Source: Dehalococcoidia bacterium
Lineage (GTDB): Bacteria; Chloroflexota; Dehalococcoidia; Lucifugimonadales; CAYTFF01
Assembly: GCA_965249025.1 (NCBI GenBank)
Contig: OZ252215.1
Coordinates: forward strand, 622,600 to 686,599
DNA length: 64,000 nt
Reading direction: 5' to 3'
A model generated the notes under the pieces. It was not told where the DNA came from, did no database searches, and saw only the letters and a program-made list of their open reading frames with translations. The position numbers and the translations under genes are program-made. How positions within the stretch are numbered: the first letter of the stretch is position 1; each line of letters opens with the position of its first letter. Of the stretch, positions 61,710-64,000 are shown piece by piece.

Positions 61710-62918
61710 ATGAGAATCACAGCACTGGTTGCGATGTTGTTTTTGGTAGTGAGTGTTCTTCTGGCCGCTTGCCAAGGGGACGTTGGGTCTCAAGGAGCGC
61801 AAGGCCCCATTGGCCCTCCCTGTTCGCCTGGTAAAGCAGGCGAAGCCGGTCCGGCTGGACCTCAGGGAGAGCGAGGCCTTCAAGGGGCCCAGGGCGCACA
61901 AGGGCTAAAAGGTACAACAGGTGTAATAGGTGCGCCAGGTGCACCAGGCCCAGAGGGTCCACCGGGGCCCGCAGGCCTTTCGGCGGCGGAGCTGCCACCC
62001 CGAGACCAATCCTTCTCTTTAGCCGTAACGGATGACGCTGGGACGCGCAAGAACGGCGCAGACCTGGTCACTCTGAAGTTCGGCGGGGGAACTCCAGATG
62101 GCAGAACGGTCGTGGCCAAAAAGGGCAATCCCACTATTGATGGAGTGGCTGGAGACTCTGAATGGGGGGTGCCATCGACAATACGTCTCGCACCAAAGAA
62201 TGGCGGTGGTGGACCGAGCAGGGCCACTATGCAGGCAGCCTATGATGACTATAACATCTACCTCCTTGTGACCTGGGAGGACCCCACAGGCACGAAGAGC
62301 ATCGACAAGAACATGTTGACATATGATGCGGCTTCGGATATTTGGAGCAAATCTGGAAATGAAGATAGGGTATTCTTCTTGTGGAACATCAATGCTACGG
62401 ACTTTGCCCCAGATGGGTGTTCAGCTTACTGCCATGCTGGTGAACCGGCCTGGGACGAGGCCGAAAGCAAGATGGGTACCAACTATCCTGGTGAAAAGGT
62501 GGATGTGTGGCACTGGAAAGCGGGAAGGACAAACGCCCAGGGTCACGCAGATGACAAACATTGGGTAGATATTGACCACGCCGAGCAGATCCTGTATGAA
62601 GGCGTGCGCATTCTAAACACCCGCTTGGCTGACACAGGATCCAGTTTTGCTGCTGGTAACGTGGGTGACGGCCAACCAAAGTCGATGAATAGGGAGGGGC
62701 GTAGCACTGACTCGTACCTCTGGGACTACCAGGCTGTTCCATTTGATCCAAATGCGGGATGGCAGGATGGCGACACCGTGCCTGGCTATGTTCTGAGTCA
62801 GCTTACCGGGAGCAATGCCGATGTCATCGCCAAGAGCGGCTTCTCTGACGGGACCTGGGTAGTGGAGTTCAAGCGTGTCCTCATCACGTATGACACCAAT
62901 GATGTGCAGTTCAAGTAG
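61710..62918 (+). CDS. Collagen-stalk lipoprotein with an ethylbenzene-dehydrogenase-gamma/DOMON-like heme-binding domain
   Basis: LAAC lipobox, (G-X-Y)n, [41 protein letters not shown]. It may be truncated after DVQFK. Confidence 0.7.
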   Translation: MRITALVAMLFLVVSVLLAACQGDVGSQGAQGPIGPPCSPGKAGEAGPAGPQGERGLQGAQGAQGLKGTTGVIGAPGAPGPEGPPGPAGLSAAELPPRDQSFSLAVTDDAGTRKNGADLVTLKFGGGTPDGRTVVAKKGNPTIDGVAGDSEWGVPSTIRLAPKNGGGGPSRATMQAAYDDYNIYLLVTWEDPTGTKSIDKNMLTYDAASDIWSKSGNEDRVFFLWNINATDFAPDGCSAYCHAGEPAWDEAESKMGTNYPGEKVDVWHWKAGRTNAQGHADDKHWVDIDHAEQILYEGVRILNTRLADTGSSFAAGNVGDGQPKSMNREGRSTDSYLWDYQAVPFDPNAGWQDGDTVPGYVLSQLTGSNADVIAKSGFSDGTWVVEFKRVLITYDTNDVQFK

Positions 62919-63831
62919 AGGGGTAGGCGCTGAGGGAAAACTAGGTCCTTTGGCAAATTACCACTAACGTTAGATAGGGTTCGTGTATAGGGTAGAGTTC
63001 GACCCTCCTACTCCTTTGCCTAGGTACGAGCCACACATAACGGCCTTCGGGCGAGATGCTCGGAGGCCGTTTCGTTGGAGCGATATTGGAGCCTTGTTAA
63101 AAGAGTTACTCGGAAGAATAACACGAATGCCGAATCTGGGGGGATTCCCAATCTGGACGGAATAATCGCTATGTTTCAGGAAAATGAGTGTGGTAGGCCG
63201 AAAATTTGCAAACGCACGTCGAATATTTTCGTGGCACTTGAAGGACATCAGTGGATATTTGCAGAAGTCCTGAAATTATTATGACAACATTCACAATCTG
63301 CCTGTATGTTGACTATATATAGTTAATGTGCTATTTCTATAGCATACTTTAGTGATAGAAGAAGGAATGGCAGGGAAGTCAGGTTGGCCGTATTGTGTTG
63401 CTCTGGACTGTGAATGCATTGTTCATGAGGCCGCAAGGCACATGGGCCGGGATTTGCTTGGACAGTTCCTCAACTTTGTGCGTGCCTCTGAGGAGGGGTC
63501 TCGTCTCATACTTCAACGTAATGTAATAAGGAAGGCTTTACAGCCCAGGTGACCGGGCCGGTTAGAAGAGGAAGGGGTGAAGACCTATCGCAAGAGGATG
63601 TGGAGCTACTTCGAAGCGAGGGGGTCTAGCTAGAAGCTAAGGCAAAGCACTATCAGGGCAGATGACAACCGAAGGCTTGCTCCTAGATTCGAGATACGAC
63701 GGGGGCGCTTAGCATATAGACATGCTTAGTGTTCTCGTTTTTCTTTTTTGTGAGGGGGGGTGCGGAAACAGTTCTGGTGCGTTCTGAGGATGAAACACAC
63801 AAAGACAAAAAGGGAGCTATAGGGAACTATT

Positions 63832-64000
63832 ATGAAGGCAGTTACATACAGGAAGCCAGGAGTCAAGGAGGATGTTTGGATTCATAGCGTATGCGACCTG
63901 TGTTCCAATCAGTGCCCCGTAGTTGTGCGCCGGGTCAACGGGACCGTGGTGAAAATAGAGGGTGACCCCGATGGCCCCTTTGGTAACAGGCGGCTGTGCG
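63832..64000 (+). CDS. Mo/W-bisPGD oxidoreductase catalytic subunit, N-terminus (runs off the window)
   Basis: MKAVTYRKPGVKEDVWIHSVCDLCSNQCPVVVRRVNGTVVKIEGDPDGPFGNRRLC, a CxxCxxxC-x27-C [4Fe-4S] motif. No Tat signal. Confidence 0.85.
   Translation, partial: MKAVTYRKPGVKEDVWIHSVCDLCSNQCPVVVRRVNGTVVKIEGDPDGPFGNRRLC

Noticed and set aside
62960-63300. Possible IS1595-like transposase scar (ERYWSLVKR)
   Set aside because: A single short motif, with no inverted repeats or DDE context found.
63352-63552. Cys-containing 66-aa ORF, possible Rrf2 remnant
   Set aside because: Cys spacing does not match and there is no HTH segment.
1-64000. CRISPR array, tRNA or rRNA genes
   Set aside because: No regularly spaced repeats were seen. 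The only tRNA-like sequences are the tmRNA ends and the partial copy at 19775.

Overview
Accessory, heavily remodelled 64-kb window, probably from a Chloroflexota/Dehalococcoidia-like bacterium (inferred from the tmRNA/recombinase arrangement and the Pro/Thr-linker lipoproteins). No housekeeping operons are present. It has three parts. (1) 1-19.5 kb: catabolic genes and their remnants, including orphan family-5 solute-binding lipoproteins, an SDR, an argininosuccinate-lyase-like enzyme, DUF1989, an amidohydrolase, an isochorismatase-family hydrolase, DUF1028, an amidase, and a fused [2Fe-2S]/molybdo-hydroxylase with an inverted decayed copy. (2) 19.8-35.5 kb: a ~15.7-kb island bounded by a duplicated tmRNA (ssrA) 3' end, with a decayed recombinase overlapping ssrA. 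Its cargo is an uncharacterised copper/heme module: His/Tyr-rich beta-propeller lipoprotein, cytochrome c, YtkA-like and CopD-like proteins, CcdA-like protein and a tandem type-1 cupredoxin, plus partly inactivated two-component systems. (3) 36-64 kb: anaerobic redox genes, including an IS-truncated Mo/W-bisPGD/Fe-S/NrfD operon, TorD and TatA, tungstate ABC tupABC, two tandem tungsten AORs with MoaD, a Tat-Fe-S/NrfD/diheme-c/DOMON module with no catalytic subunit inside its operon, and the start of another Mo/W-bisPGD enzyme. The strongest candidate for an undescribed system is the propeller-centred Cu/heme module on the ssrA island. All family calls come from motif recognition by eye; no database searches were run.
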